Origin: a virus
Lineage: Duplodnaviria; Caudoviricetes
Virus record (IMG/VR): IMGVR_UViG_3300032312_000634
Coordinates: 1-46,351 of that record
Length of the DNA: 46,351 nt
Strand: one strand, 5' to 3'
Shown: positions 27,667 to 37,480 of the stretch, one piece after another
How positions within the stretch are numbered: the stretch's first letter is position 1
Layout of the letters: each line of letters opens with the position of its first letter
Notes under the pieces: model-generated
The model's input: the letters and a program-made list of their open reading frames with translations, nothing else
Database searches by the model: none
Told to the model about the DNA's origin: nothing
Program-made: the position numbers and the translations under genes

Positions 27667-29353
27667 AAGCGTGTTGAATTGCTACGAAGGTATTTGCATT
27701 GTCCCCATCAATACTAAAATATCTCAGATATGCGGAACTGGTTGCTGGCATTGTAAATGTAGTAGAATTTTCGGATGAATTTGTTGCGGTACAACCGTGT
27801 GTAACTGTTCTTGCAATTCCACTAGTGTTTGTTAACCAAACTTCAACAACTTTACCATAAACATAATTTGAAAGTGTGATAGTTAAGTCTGCGGCAAGTG
27901 ATGCTTTAATTAATGATGTTGTTGCAAAATCAATTGTAAATGCTGTCTGAGCACCAACCAATACGGTTGGTGTATAAATGAATCCTTTATCTGGTTTAAC
28001 TGTACCAGTAAATTCAACATCGTTAGCATTAAATGAAGCAATTTTTGTAACTGTATTTGATCCGTCAGAAACATTATAAAATTCAATTCTAGAACCACGA
28101 GCAGCGTCTGTAAAATTCTCAGAAGCTACAATGTCAATTCTGGACACACCTAGTGGTGCAAATCCTGTGGTGCCATAACCATTACCTGCTAATCTTAATA
28201 ATACATCATTGTTTTGTGTTGCTGTTGGAGCTGCCGCAGTACCTCTGGCAGAACGACCTGCCAATAAACCATATGTATTTGCACCAAAACTATCTAAAAC
28301 TACTCTAGTTGGTAAATTTGGTTTACCTGTAATTTGCAACATATAACCATCATTTTGTGGTTCAACCACAGCTGCGTTGTTACTTCCTGTAATACGAACA
28401 GCAGATTCAGATGCTGAAGTTAAAGCGGTATTTACAGTTAACTGGCCAGTTGCTGCAACACCAATCATTGTTACATTGCCCTGTATATTTAAATTACCAC
28501 CAAAGATAGCACCTGAAGTGTTTGCTAATGCTGCATTGGCCTTGGCAAATGCTGCTGATGCATAAGTGTTCTGTGCATCATTAACACCAGTAATATATGT
28601 TATAGAAGCGTTTTGTGTGACATTAACACCAGTAATATATGTTATTGTGGTAGAGTTTGTGTTAGCAAGATTAAAAGCTGCCTGAGTTTGGCCAGTTAAT
28701 GTTGAAATAGAATTTGAATTAGTATTTGCTAACGCAAAGGCAGCCTGTGAATAATTTGCAGGTGAAGCTGCTGTATTTTGTGTTGTATTGTCTGCAAATA
28801 TAATAGGTTTCTGTGTCAGTTTGAAACCATTACCATAAGAGAACTTGGCCACAATATTGGCCTCTGCTGAACCACCTTGTATAAAATTAATATCTCTATT
28901 CTGTGTAACAACACCCATAATAAGGTTACCACCAGCATTTGCGGAACTTTCACCACCTTTTACAAATAGGTAACCATCTAAAGCTTTAATTGATGTATAG
29001 GTTGGATTATTATCAGTTGAATTGGCCAAACCTAGATCAATATAATGTGTTTCATCTGTACCTATATCAGCTGTAACAACATAGTCGGATGAACCATTAC
29101 TTGCATCATTTTGTATACTAACTTGAAGATAATTTTCTGCTACACCAGCAAATTGAGCAACAGCATTAGGAAGAATTGCAGTATGATTACCAACATTTAG
29201 GTAATTGTTTGCATATAATTGTTGTGCAAGAGTGGTTGCAGTAAACTTACCTGTAATACCCGTTGGTAAATCCACACCTAAAAATATTGAATTAGATGTG
29301 TTTGCACTGATTAGTGGCAATTCTATTAGTTCTGAAATCTTTACTGTAGACAT
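27665..29353 (-). CDS. Baseplate-associated fibre/structural protein
   Basis: 562 aa between gp7 and gp8; N-terminal 'VKISEL..L' motif; shares the 'N.SSAD..V.AD.GT....Y.DLGLA.S.....Y..IK..DGY..V.G.....GGN' module and 'QAAF..ANT' repeats with ORF 3721..5547. Confidence 0.7.
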   Translation of the reverse strand: MSTVKISELIELPLISANTSNSIFLGVDLPTGITGKFTATTLAQQLYANNYLNVGNHTAILPNAVAQFAGVAENYLQVSIQNDASNGSSDYVVTADIGTDETHYIDLGLANSTDNNPTYTSIKALDGYLFVKGGESSANAGGNLIMGVVTQNRDINFIQGGSAEANIVAKFSYGNGFKLTQKPIIFADNTTQNTAASPANYSQAAFALANTNSNSISTLTGQTQAAFNLANTNSTTITYITGVNVTQNASITYITGVNDAQNTYASAAFAKANAALANTSGAIFGGNLNIQGNVTMIGVAATGQLTVNTALTSASESAVRITGSNNAAVVEPQNDGYMLQITGKPNLPTRVVLDSFGANTYGLLAGRSARGTAAAPTATQNNDVLLRLAGNGYGTTGFAPLGVSRIDIVASENFTDAARGSRIEFYNVSDGSNTVTKIASFNANDVEFTGTVKPDKGFIYTPTVLVGAQTAFTIDFATTSLIKASLAADLTITLSNYVYGKVVEVWLTNTSGIARTVTHGCTATNSSENSTTFTMPATSSAYLRYFSIDGDNANTFVAIQHA

Positions 29354-29356
29354 TTT

Positions 29357-32239
29357 TTATCCTAAAATGATGATTCGTCCATCTTCTGTTGTTAATATTC
29401 TTCCATCTTCTGTAGCTAACTCAGGGAAATACTGTACACCAACTGGTCCATAGAATGTAATTTGATCTGCTTTGCCTATAGTGCCACCAACCGAAAATGA
29501 TGATCTTCTAACAGTCATATATCCATTAGAATTTGCTGTTATTGGTGAACTCACAGTTAATCTACTGTTTGTGTAGTCAATACTCTGAACAGTTCTTACT
29601 GTATTATTTGGAATTAAAATTCTATCACCAACATATACAATATCTTTTAATGGATATGCAGTGTTACTATAAACACCATCATTAATTACATTATAAGTTC
29701 CAGTTAGACTTGTTATATTTATTGTGCTTGAATTAGCATTAGCTGTAACTTTTGCAACACTAGAGAACGTGAGTATTACACTGTCTTGAATTGTTATTGA
29801 ATTCGCCAGATAATTCACACCCGTAATCTTAGAATATATATTTGGACCAATAGTTGGTGTCAAACGAATAAAAGTGTTCGGAAATATAAATGTTGCAATA
29901 TTTGTTCCTGTACCAATATTATTCAATCTCATAATATTGGTATGTTTTTGGTTGAAGTCTGTAAACATCTCTATATTTGCAGATGCATCATTTGTGTAAT
30001 AGTATAACGTCTGTCCTTGTGATAATGCGGAAGTCATATGCGCTTGAATCTCACCGTTAGACCGCATACGGAATTTACCTATAGCTCTTGTACCTGATGG
30101 GTGCAATAAGTTTAATAGTATATCTTTATAAGATTGTATTGACTTCTCAACAATAATTTGATAAGTGAAGTTATTGAAAACACTATCTTGCAATACATCA
30201 AAAGAACTTAATTGGCCTTTTGAATCTACATATCTTCCTTTACCAACAACTACACCATCCAAATAAACAGATTGTCCTTTTGCAGTACCATCACCGAAGT
30301 TTTTGATACCTTTGTTATCATATGCAGGACTACCTGGATAAAATCTATCTTTAGCAAATTTCTGATTCACCATACTCATGACAATATCTTTGTCTTTTAC
30401 TTTTATTGGTTGTGTTGGATCAGTTGTTGATAGATATTCAAATACTCTGAGGTTGTATTTTGTGAGTAGTGGATCCTGACGATTTGTTTCTAATATTGAT
30501 ATGGAATTAACTGTTGCTTTATAAGCAGATACATTGTCAAGAGTATATTGATATACTGTATCACCTTTTTCAGGTAGATTAATTAGTGTGACGTTTGACA
30601 CCACAATATCTTGTACACGCATAGACACATTTGGTGCAGCAATGTAATCTGTTCCACCATATACTACATCAATCGTTCTAATGCCACCTGCACGTTGCAC
30701 CATTGTTGAAAATTCTGTGCCATCACCCAATATACCTGTAACAAATACTGATGCATTAACAGCATTAGCATTAGCTGACTGTACTGTCAAAGTTGGTAAT
30801 TCTAGTGGACCATATCCCATACCACCTAAAGGATATATTCCAGAAGGATCACTATTATAGTAAATGCTAGTTATTCCACCAGTATTTGAAACGGTTCTTA
30901 CTGATGCGTTAGCACCATAACCTGAACCTCCAGTAAAAATAATTTTGTCGTTTACTTGATAACCTACACCAGTGTTTGCGATTTGTATTGGTGCAAGTAT
31001 GCCTAAGTTTTTAAGTATAGCGTTATTATTTTGATAGTCACCAAATGCAACCGAATCAGCATCTACAGAAACATCCGGTACAATACCTGTTCCACCATCT
31101 GTAACCAATACTGATACAATAGGGAAACCAAATCTTGTAATAAAACTTAAAGAATTTGCTAATGTTGTATTTGCATTAGCACTTTTGTTGTTACCTTGTA
31201 AGAATGTATACCTTGTATTTCCAATTGTTGTGTTTGCCGCAGTACCAATCATATTAGTTGGGAAATATGTGATGTTGGCTTGTGACTGGGAACTTGTTGA
31301 AGGATTAACTGCAATTACGCTTGCTCTAGCACCTTTACTTTCACCATCACCATCTATTATAGTGATAGATGAATTGGATAGTGTTCCAAAACCATATCCA
31401 CCTCTACCAGGTAAGACATTAATTCTTTGTATGAAACCTGTGTATACTTGGCCAATTCTGGCTATAGCACTATTGGCCTCAGTGGAGTCATCACTTAATC
31501 CGCCATAAAGAATAACTGGATCACCAGTTTTATATAATAATCCAGTTTTATTTGGATCAGGCAATGTGATTGCAGAAATTTCACCAACAATTTTTGCTCT
31601 TAGTGGTTGACCATCAACTAAGTAATCTTGATTGTCAGAATCGAGAATCTTTACAAATTCTCCTGATTCAAATGATCTATTAATAGTTGATATGAATAAC
31701 TGTATTCTATTGAGACCAATTATAGTGGCATTTTCAACCACTGCAAAGGCTTTAGAATCTTCACCAAAAACTCTTAGGTTTTGAGTGTTTAAAAAATTTA
31801 AATTAGATGTTAATAACTTTAAACTCTTTGATCTATACCAAGTACCAGAAGATGCCCTTAAAATTGCATCACCAGTGTTGAATACATCGAAATCGGAATT
31901 ATAAAGTATTCTGAATAAGAATTTATAAGAAGCAGGAGTACCTTTGGTGTCATAGATAGTTTTGGCTATCTTGATAGCGTTCTTCTTATTAATCAATGCA
32001 TCTTCAGGAAAATAAGGAAGAAAATCATTAATGAAATAATTTAAAAATCTATCTATTGTAGTATCAATATCTCTATAACTTAATAGGTTTTTTGTATAGT
32101 CAGCAACATTTCCTTCTTGTTCCATCCATTCATAGTAGGCTTCAACGAATGAAACAAACTTGGCATATTCTTCCTCATCTCTAATGAATTGTGGAAGTTG
32201 TGATGCAACTAGTAGTGATAGTTTTTTATCTGTAGACAT
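29357..32239 (-). CDS. gp7: Baseplate wedge initiator gp7-like
   Basis: 'SQLPQFIR.EY.KFV.FVEAYYEWME', 'Y.TKGTPASYKFLFRILY' and 'LQDS....F.YQI.......YKD.L.NLLHPSG'; follows gp6. Confidence 0.78.
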   Translation of the reverse strand: MSTDKKLSLLVASQLPQFIRDEEEYAKFVSFVEAYYEWMEQEGNVADYTKNLLSYRDIDTTIDRFLNYFINDFLPYFPEDALINKKNAIKIAKTIYDTKGTPASYKFLFRILYNSDFDVFNTGDAILRASSGTWYRSKSLKLLTSNLNFLNTQNLRVFGEDSKAFAVVENATIIGLNRIQLFISTINRSFESGEFVKILDSDNQDYLVDGQPLRAKIVGEISAITLPDPNKTGLLYKTGDPVILYGGLSDDSTEANSAIARIGQVYTGFIQRINVLPGRGGYGFGTLSNSSITIIDGDGESKGARASVIAVNPSTSSQSQANITYFPTNMIGTAANTTIGNTRYTFLQGNNKSANANTTLANSLSFITRFGFPIVSVLVTDGGTGIVPDVSVDADSVAFGDYQNNNAILKNLGILAPIQIANTGVGYQVNDKIIFTGGSGYGANASVRTVSNTGGITSIYYNSDPSGIYPLGGMGYGPLELPTLTVQSANANAVNASVFVTGILGDGTEFSTMVQRAGGIRTIDVVYGGTDYIAAPNVSMRVQDIVVSNVTLINLPEKGDTVYQYTLDNVSAYKATVNSISILETNRQDPLLTKYNLRVFEYLSTTDPTQPIKVKDKDIVMSMVNQKFAKDRFYPGSPAYDNKGIKNFGDGTAKGQSVYLDGVVVGKGRYVDSKGQLSSFDVLQDSVFNNFTYQIIVEKSIQSYKDILLNLLHPSGTRAIGKFRMRSNGEIQAHMTSALSQGQTLYYYTNDASANIEMFTDFNQKHTNIMRLNNIGTGTNIATFIFPNTFIRLTPTIGPNIYSKITGVNYLANSITIQDSVILTFSSVAKVTANANSSTINITSLTGTYNVINDGVYSNTAYPLKDIVYVGDRILIPNNTVRTVQSIDYTNSRLTVSSPITANSNGYMTVRRSSFSVGGTIGKADQITFYGPVGVQYFPELATEDGRILTTEDGRIIILG

Positions 32240-34311
32240 TACGTTTTAGCTATTACGTTTACTGTTATGGCTGTTGGGTCAAATGGATCAACAGTAATAA
32301 TCCTATTATACGATGATGAAATAATTGAAGTCAATGGATTGGCTGTAATAGTGAGTTGACCTTGTTCATTATTCACACCAACTGGGCTGAAAGGTCCGAG
32401 TGTGACTAGCCCCTCATTATAATTGATCGTTCCAACATTATCTTTAATAATGTTTTTCACACCTTTTGTATCATACCAATATAGTCTTAATGTACCAACT
32501 CTGCCTTCTAATTGTGCAGTTGCGGCACCTAAAGCACCAGTTGTGTCATTGGCCGCCGGTGTAATCTTAACGACTGCGCTGGTATAACCTGAACCTTTAT
32601 TCACAACTGTGATCTTTGTAATTTTTCCTGCAACTATAGTTGCTTGTGCTGTTGCACCTGATCCATCACCTAAAATTTCAATAATTGGTTCATATTGATA
32701 ACCATAACCTGTATTGATTACTGTAACACCTTCTAATCCACCAGTGGATGATGGTACTTCTTCAACATAAACTTCATTTAAAGTTTGTGTAATATTATTT
32801 GGGTCTTTATAACCTATACCAGGAGAACTACTCACACCACTTAAAAATAAACCTTTCTTTAGAGGTGCACCGTAATATAATTTATAAGTTGAACCTGTTA
32901 CTAAATTAGGATAAAACTTTTTCTGTACTTGTATTGATACTTCATTTGTTATTATGGATGTATCAACTTTTTTAATTGTTTCAACTAAATCTGAAAGTAA
33001 GAATGTAGAATTAAAAGTGTTTAGTGTTGTTCTTGCAAACGCACTGATAGAATTACTGACTTCAAATCCTATTTGTTTATTTGTTAATGTAGTTTTCTTT
33101 GGATCATAATACACATTCGTATTAATTTTAATATATGTGTAATCAGGATCAATAATGTTTGGAACAATAGACATCATTGATACCGGTTTTATTACTTCTT
33201 CTATCAGTCGTTTTTTTTGTATATCTGATAAAGAATATGCACCTTTTGGTTTAATCGATAAGAATACCTGACCATATACTGGTGGATCATTCTCTTGGCC
33301 ACCCCATGCAGATACCGCATCAAAAGAAAAACCTAATCTATTTTGTTGTACAGCTGTAATGTAATCTTCTTTAGTTACTGCTCTTCTCTGTGATGAAAAG
33401 GCCTTAGTAGCTTGAAAACGAATAGAATCCATCGTTTCTTTATCACCACCATCAGCCGCAGGTTTAACAGATTCAACTAATGAAGAAGAACCTATGTCTA
33501 TTGTTACACTAAAATTATTTGCACCAATAGATTCTGTACCAGAAGTGGTCAAATAATTAACAATAATTCTACTGCCATCTGTTAGTTGTTTACCTAGTAT
33601 TCCATCTCCAAAATAAATTTGATAGTTCTCATCAGTGCTTTCTTGCAAGAAATATACTCTTGATTCGGGAGTTAAATTAATATAATCATCAGACAACACA
33701 TAAGTTTCATAATAATTTACACTAGGATTTTCATATACAATAATTTCAATCGTTGTACTATCTATATTTGGATTCGTGAGCTTAAAGATTGCTGAAGGAT
33801 TCGTGGTTACATCTAGTGTAAATGTCTGTTTTACTGGAATACCCTGTTTAATTATAATATTCTCAAATAAAGCTTCGCCTGTGGTTGATATAGTAGTTGT
33901 ATAACTATCTGTCGTGACGAAATTGTAATGTCTACTACCCACCAATTCTGATAAAAAACTTGTGTATTTTGGTATCGTTAACTGAGTTCCTGTTACACCT
34001 GAGACGGAAACATTTACGGTAGCAGAAGGTGCAATAGCTGTTTTTGGAATATAACCTAATTCTTTTGCATGAGATACAACTGAACTTCTTTTTAATGCAG
34101 TATCCATAAACATCTCGTTGGACACCATATTCAGATAATATGAGTTGTATTGTGTATTATAAGCAAGAATATCGAGTAGTACAGAAAGACCTGACCCTGA
34201 GAAATTATAGTCTTTAAAAGTATTTTGACTCTTTAAAAAATTAGTTAGATTTTCTTTGATTGTGGCAAAATCTAAATCTGCAACTTGTGTGTTATTGTTG
34301 GCTATAGCCAT
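32239..34311 (-). CDS. gp6: Baseplate wedge subunit gp6
   Basis: 'LDF..IK.NL..FLKSQ..FKDYNF.GSGLSVLLDILAYNT.YN.YY.NM..NEMF.DTA..RSSVVSHAK.LGY.P', 'Y.IYFGDG.LGK' and 'Q.RAVT.EDY'. Confidence 0.95.
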   Translation of the reverse strand: MAIANNNTQVADLDFATIKENLTNFLKSQNTFKDYNFSGSGLSVLLDILAYNTQYNSYYLNMVSNEMFMDTALKRSSVVSHAKELGYIPKTAIAPSATVNVSVSGVTGTQLTIPKYTSFLSELVGSRHYNFVTTDSYTTTISTTGEALFENIIIKQGIPVKQTFTLDVTTNPSAIFKLTNPNIDSTTIEIIVYENPSVNYYETYVLSDDYINLTPESRVYFLQESTDENYQIYFGDGILGKQLTDGSRIIVNYLTTSGTESIGANNFSVTIDIGSSSLVESVKPAADGGDKETMDSIRFQATKAFSSQRRAVTKEDYITAVQQNRLGFSFDAVSAWGGQENDPPVYGQVFLSIKPKGAYSLSDIQKKRLIEEVIKPVSMMSIVPNIIDPDYTYIKINTNVYYDPKKTTLTNKQIGFEVSNSISAFARTTLNTFNSTFLLSDLVETIKKVDTSIITNEVSIQVQKKFYPNLVTGSTYKLYYGAPLKKGLFLSGVSSSPGIGYKDPNNITQTLNEVYVEEVPSSTGGLEGVTVINTGYGYQYEPIIEILGDGSGATAQATIVAGKITKITVVNKGSGYTSAVVKITPAANDTTGALGAATAQLEGRVGTLRLYWYDTKGVKNIIKDNVGTINYNEGLVTLGPFSPVGVNNEQGQLTITANPLTSIISSSYNRIITVDPFDPTAITVNVIAKT

Positions 34312-34703
34312 TATCTAGTCCTCTGTAGTAGAAGATTTACTGGAGTTGGTGTTGTGTTGTTTCCTATGAAAAAACTCAAACGAACGTTATACCCTTGTTC
34401 ATTTGATGTCGTGGAAACGTCAACATACTGTAATGTTACTCTAGGTTCATAATTATTAATACAGTCCTCAATTTCCCTAGCAATAGTTCTTTCCATCAAC
34501 GGTGAAGCATTCTCAAATAATAAAGCTTCTAAGTTTGAACCAATACCTGGTTGAAACGGTCTTTCATAATGATTAGTTGATAGTAAATTTGTCACAGACC
34601 TTATAACGGCCTGATCGTCATAACTAATGGCAACATCACCCGTAATCGGTGAACGATTAAAGGTGAGGTCTAAGTCTGAGTATATATTTTTAAGAGTTGC
34701 CAT
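34311..34703 (-). CDS. gp25: Baseplate wedge subunit gp25
   Basis: 'YSDLDL.F...P.TGDV......AV..SV.NLL.TN.YERPFQP..GS.L..LLFE...I...I.NYEPRV'; true start likely MATLKNIY at 34703. Confidence 0.93.
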   Translation of the reverse strand: MATLKNIYSDLDLTFNRSPITGDVAISYDDQAVIRSVTNLLSTNHYERPFQPGIGSNLEALLFENASPLMERTIAREIEDCINNYEPRVTLQYVDVSTTSNEQGYNVRLSFFIGNNTTPTPVNLLLQRTR

Positions 34704-34708
34704 TTTTA

Positions 34709-34716
34709 TATTTAGT
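34709..34716 (-). promoter_or_regulatory. Putative late promoter (ACTAAATA) 5 nt upstream of the gp25 ATG
   Basis: ACTAAATA-TAAAA-ATG on the - strand. Confidence 0.65.
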
Positions 34717-34778
34717 GCGAAAGTAAAACGCTTTTTTGAACTCCTGAGCTGCGTCTGAAAAATTCTCGGGCCGGAACG

Positions 34779-34796
34779 CAAAATTTCGAATTTTTG
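34779..34796. repeat. Near-perfect 18-bp palindrome in the intergenic region
   Basis: CAAAATTTCGAATTTTTG, one mismatch, centred on TTCGAA. Confidence 0.7.
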
Positions 34797-34801
34797 AAAA
34801 T

Positions 34802-35662
34802 CTAAGGATACAACCTTGCCTTGAGTTTATCTGAACCTATGTAATCATTTATTAATAACGTCTGAGTGTTACTCATAGCACCTTTTGAGAATCTATGTAA
34901 AAATGCATTTTCTGTTGCTACCTGAAATGATTTTCTAAAAAATGACCAATCTTCTGTTCTTCTCGTAAGTACAAAATTATATACACTGTCTAAACTGTTA
35001 ACCATTTGTTGTAGTCTGGTGTTAGACAGTTGACAAGTGTTGGCACCAGTAGGAAATCCAGGAACGAATATTGTATTATCAATGATTTCTTGATTAAATA
35101 GTGAAATTACATCATTATTTGCTTTTAAATCGGGTTCGATAAACAAACTGGTCATTGCACCCAAGGCACCCACAGTATTTTGAATACCGTTTGTTTGATT
35201 TAAAAGAACAATCATCTGATTACCTAAAGCCATAATAGAATCTTGTGTGGGTATATTAGGGTCTTGAAATACATTTGCAGCCGTACCAGAAACATTTGCG
35301 GTATGAGAAATAAATCTATTCATTTCTGCAATTCTGAGAGAAGCAGCTGTTTTTGTCAAATTATTGGCAATATCACTGTTTGCAAAACTAATAAAATATG
35401 GACCGCTTTGAGTATTTGCTGTTAATGCCAACGTGGCCATACTAGAAATTATGTCGTTTGATACATTTAGAACAGGATTTCTGTAATAACTAGTTGAATC
35501 TATAGGACCATCGGCCATATCAGTAATCATCCACTGATCTGGAGCATCTATTTTTGAATAATTAGTTAAACTATTTTTAGCATCTGGTGATAGATTGATT
35601 ACATCTCCAAATTTGGTACTATCAAAATTAAAACCTATTCTTCCAAAAACTGTATTAGCCAT
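34802..35662 (-). CDS. Hypothetical protein (likely helical), between the gp5 C-terminal gene and gp25
   Basis: 286-aa ORF with a GGAG RBS; no motif recognised. Confidence 0.7.
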   Translation of the reverse strand: MANTVFGRIGFNFDSTKFGDVINLSPDAKNSLTNYSKIDAPDQWMITDMADGPIDSTSYYRNPVLNVSNDIISSMATLALTANTQSGPYFISFANSDIANNLTKTAASLRIAEMNRFISHTANVSGTAANVFQDPNIPTQDSIMALGNQMIVLLNQTNGIQNTVGALGAMTSLFIEPDLKANNDVISLFNQEIIDNTIFVPGFPTGANTCQLSNTRLQQMVNSLDSVYNFVLTRRTEDWSFFRKSFQVATENAFLHRFSKGAMSNTQTLLINDYIGSDKLKARLYP

Positions 35663-35676
35663 TATATCTCCATTAT

Positions 35677-36537
35677 TTAAACATCAGGTAACAAATTGCC
35701 ACCAGCATCAGGATGTGAGTGAGCGTTATATTTCATTCTCAACATTGCCAAGGCGCCATGATAATCAAGAACCATAATTGTCTTAACTATGCCTATTGAA
35801 GCCGATACACCAATAAAATTTGGTGCAGTAACGGTTCCTGTAGCTGTAATGCATCCAGGTGGCGCAAGTCCACCCATGTCATATGTAGTCATTCCCGGAT
35901 ACACTGCACCAACGTTAATTCCACCTAGAGTTTCAAAACCACCCATTGTAAAACATTTTCCACCCGCTGTCAAGTATGTTGTAGCCATGATACTTGAACC
36001 ACCCATGATTGTGCCACTAACTCTTAAATCACCTGTTATGTTTACTGTACCACCGGTAATCAAATTGATATTTGGTGGAAGTATACTTAATGGACTACCT
36101 GCACTAATATTAATATCTGAACCAGCAGTAACGTCTAGTTGTCCTTCAACAACAACGTTTGCATCACCATTAACAGTAGCTCTTAAACTTTCACCAATCG
36201 AGGCGTAAACAGTACCCCAAACATCAAGTTTAGCATCAGCTTTAACAACAATTGAGCATACTCCACCAATCGTTACTTCATTATTATTGATGACTACAGT
36301 AAAGTTATTACCGGCAGTAACTTGTTTAGTTGATCCATTTGGTTCCATCATCCAATATGTTTGATTCTCACCAAAGGCTTTACCGTGTTGAATTCTAATT
36401 GACTCATTACCAGGAGTATCATCCATCATAACAAAATGGCCTGATTCTGTTTGTTCTACATTGATATAGGGAAAATTTCCTGAATCATCTATACCAGTAG
36501 ATGCATAACTACCAAAGGGGAATCTAAATGTTGACAT
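35677..36537 (-). CDS. gp5: gp5 C-terminal part: central tail spike beta-helix with an HxH apex
   Basis: 'PYINV.QTESGH...MDDTPGNE.IRI.H...TY....PNG' followed by V.G 8-residue-type beta-helix repeats; ends 'YNAHSHPD'. Confidence 0.8.
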   Translation of the reverse strand: MSTFRFPFGSYASTGIDDSGNFPYINVEQTESGHFVMMDDTPGNESIRIQHGKAFGENQTYWMMEPNGSTKQVTAGNNFTVVINNNEVTIGGVCSIVVKADAKLDVWGTVYASIGESLRATVNGDANVVVEGQLDVTAGSDINISAGSPLSILPPNINLITGGTVNITGDLRVSGTIMGGSSIMATTYLTAGGKCFTMGGFETLGGINVGAVYPGMTTYDMGGLAPPGCITATGTVTAPNFIGVSASIGIVKTIMVLDYHGALAMLRMKYNAHSHPDAGGNLLPDV

Positions 36538-36545
36538 ACTGTTCC

Positions 36546-37469
36546 TTAAAATAAACTCACGTTTACAACTGGTTTTGGTGGACTGTTTGTAATGTTTGAA
36601 AATGTTGATGATAATAAATCTGTAGCCACATCAATACCTGTTGTTAAATTTCCTACATCTAATTGTATTTGTTCAAAACCGGCAACGACTGCATTGGTTG
36701 CTTGTTCTGCTAATGTTAAGTTTTTTTGTAGATTACTTATTTCTCTTAAAAGCCTAGCAGTGTTATCTTCAGGCAATAAAGCAAAAGTTAACGCATTTTG
36801 AATAGCATTTCTCAATGCAGTTGCACATTCAGCAAAAGCTTGTGCAAATATTACTGGTAAAGAAGCTATAAATCTAAGTAATACACTAACAAATTGTTGT
36901 ACTTGTACTATCAACAAAGCAAGAACAACATATGTTTTAATAATTCTATTAATTTCTCTAATTTTTTCTAAAATATATTTTGCAGCATTTTTAATTGTAT
37001 CTACTAAAGGACCACTAGCAACAGAAAAAGCACCTTCAATTTTTTGTCTAATATCAGAAAGAAATTTTTGTACTTCAGCACTTTTAAATAATATTGCCAA
37101 TTCTAATGCTGGTGAACCTAGTGCTAAATTCGGAACTTCAATTCCATTCATGGTTGTAATTGTTCTTCTTTTTGGTTGAACTACACCAACAGGTTCACAA
37201 ATATGGTGTTGATTTCTATTTGCAAAATTAATACCAGTAGCAATAGTTTTACCTCGAACATTATAACTCTGTACTCCACGAGCAATGTTGGACACCATGG
37301 ACTCTCCTGCGGCCGCAACATCACCCAAATAACTAGCTTTAGGAGGATCTGTTTCGACTGCACCTGCATTATGCGAATATGTTTCTGGTGCTGGTCTAAC
37401 TAATGAACCAGTTACTTCATCAGTTTTAAATAATATGGTTTCCTGTAGTGATGTATCCGTATTTGCCAT
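36546..37469 (-). CDS. Helical protein with a long hydrophobic segment, lying between the two gp5 parts
   Basis: Probable start MANTDTSL at 37469 with a GAGGT RBS; 'YVVLALLIVQVQQFVSVLLRFIASLPVIFAQAFAEC' followed by coiled-coil-like helices. Confidence 0.72.
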   Translation of the reverse strand: MANTDTSLQETILFKTDEVTGSLVRPAPETYSHNAGAVETDPPKASYLGDVAAAGESMVSNIARGVQSYNVRGKTIATGINFANRNQHHICEPVGVVQPKRRTITTMNGIEVPNLALGSPALELAILFKSAEVQKFLSDIRQKIEGAFSVASGPLVDTIKNAAKYILEKIREINRIIKTYVVLALLIVQVQQFVSVLLRFIASLPVIFAQAFAECATALRNAIQNALTFALLPEDNTARLLREISNLQKNLTLAEQATNAVVAGFEQIQLDVGNLTTGIDVATDLLSSTFSNITNSPPKPVVNVSLF

Positions 37470-37480
37470 TTTAACTACCT

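Noticed and set aside
34704-34781. 26-aa N-terminal extension of gp25
   Set aside because: gp25 similarity starts at MATLKNIYSDLDL, and a late-promoter box sits directly before ATG 34703.
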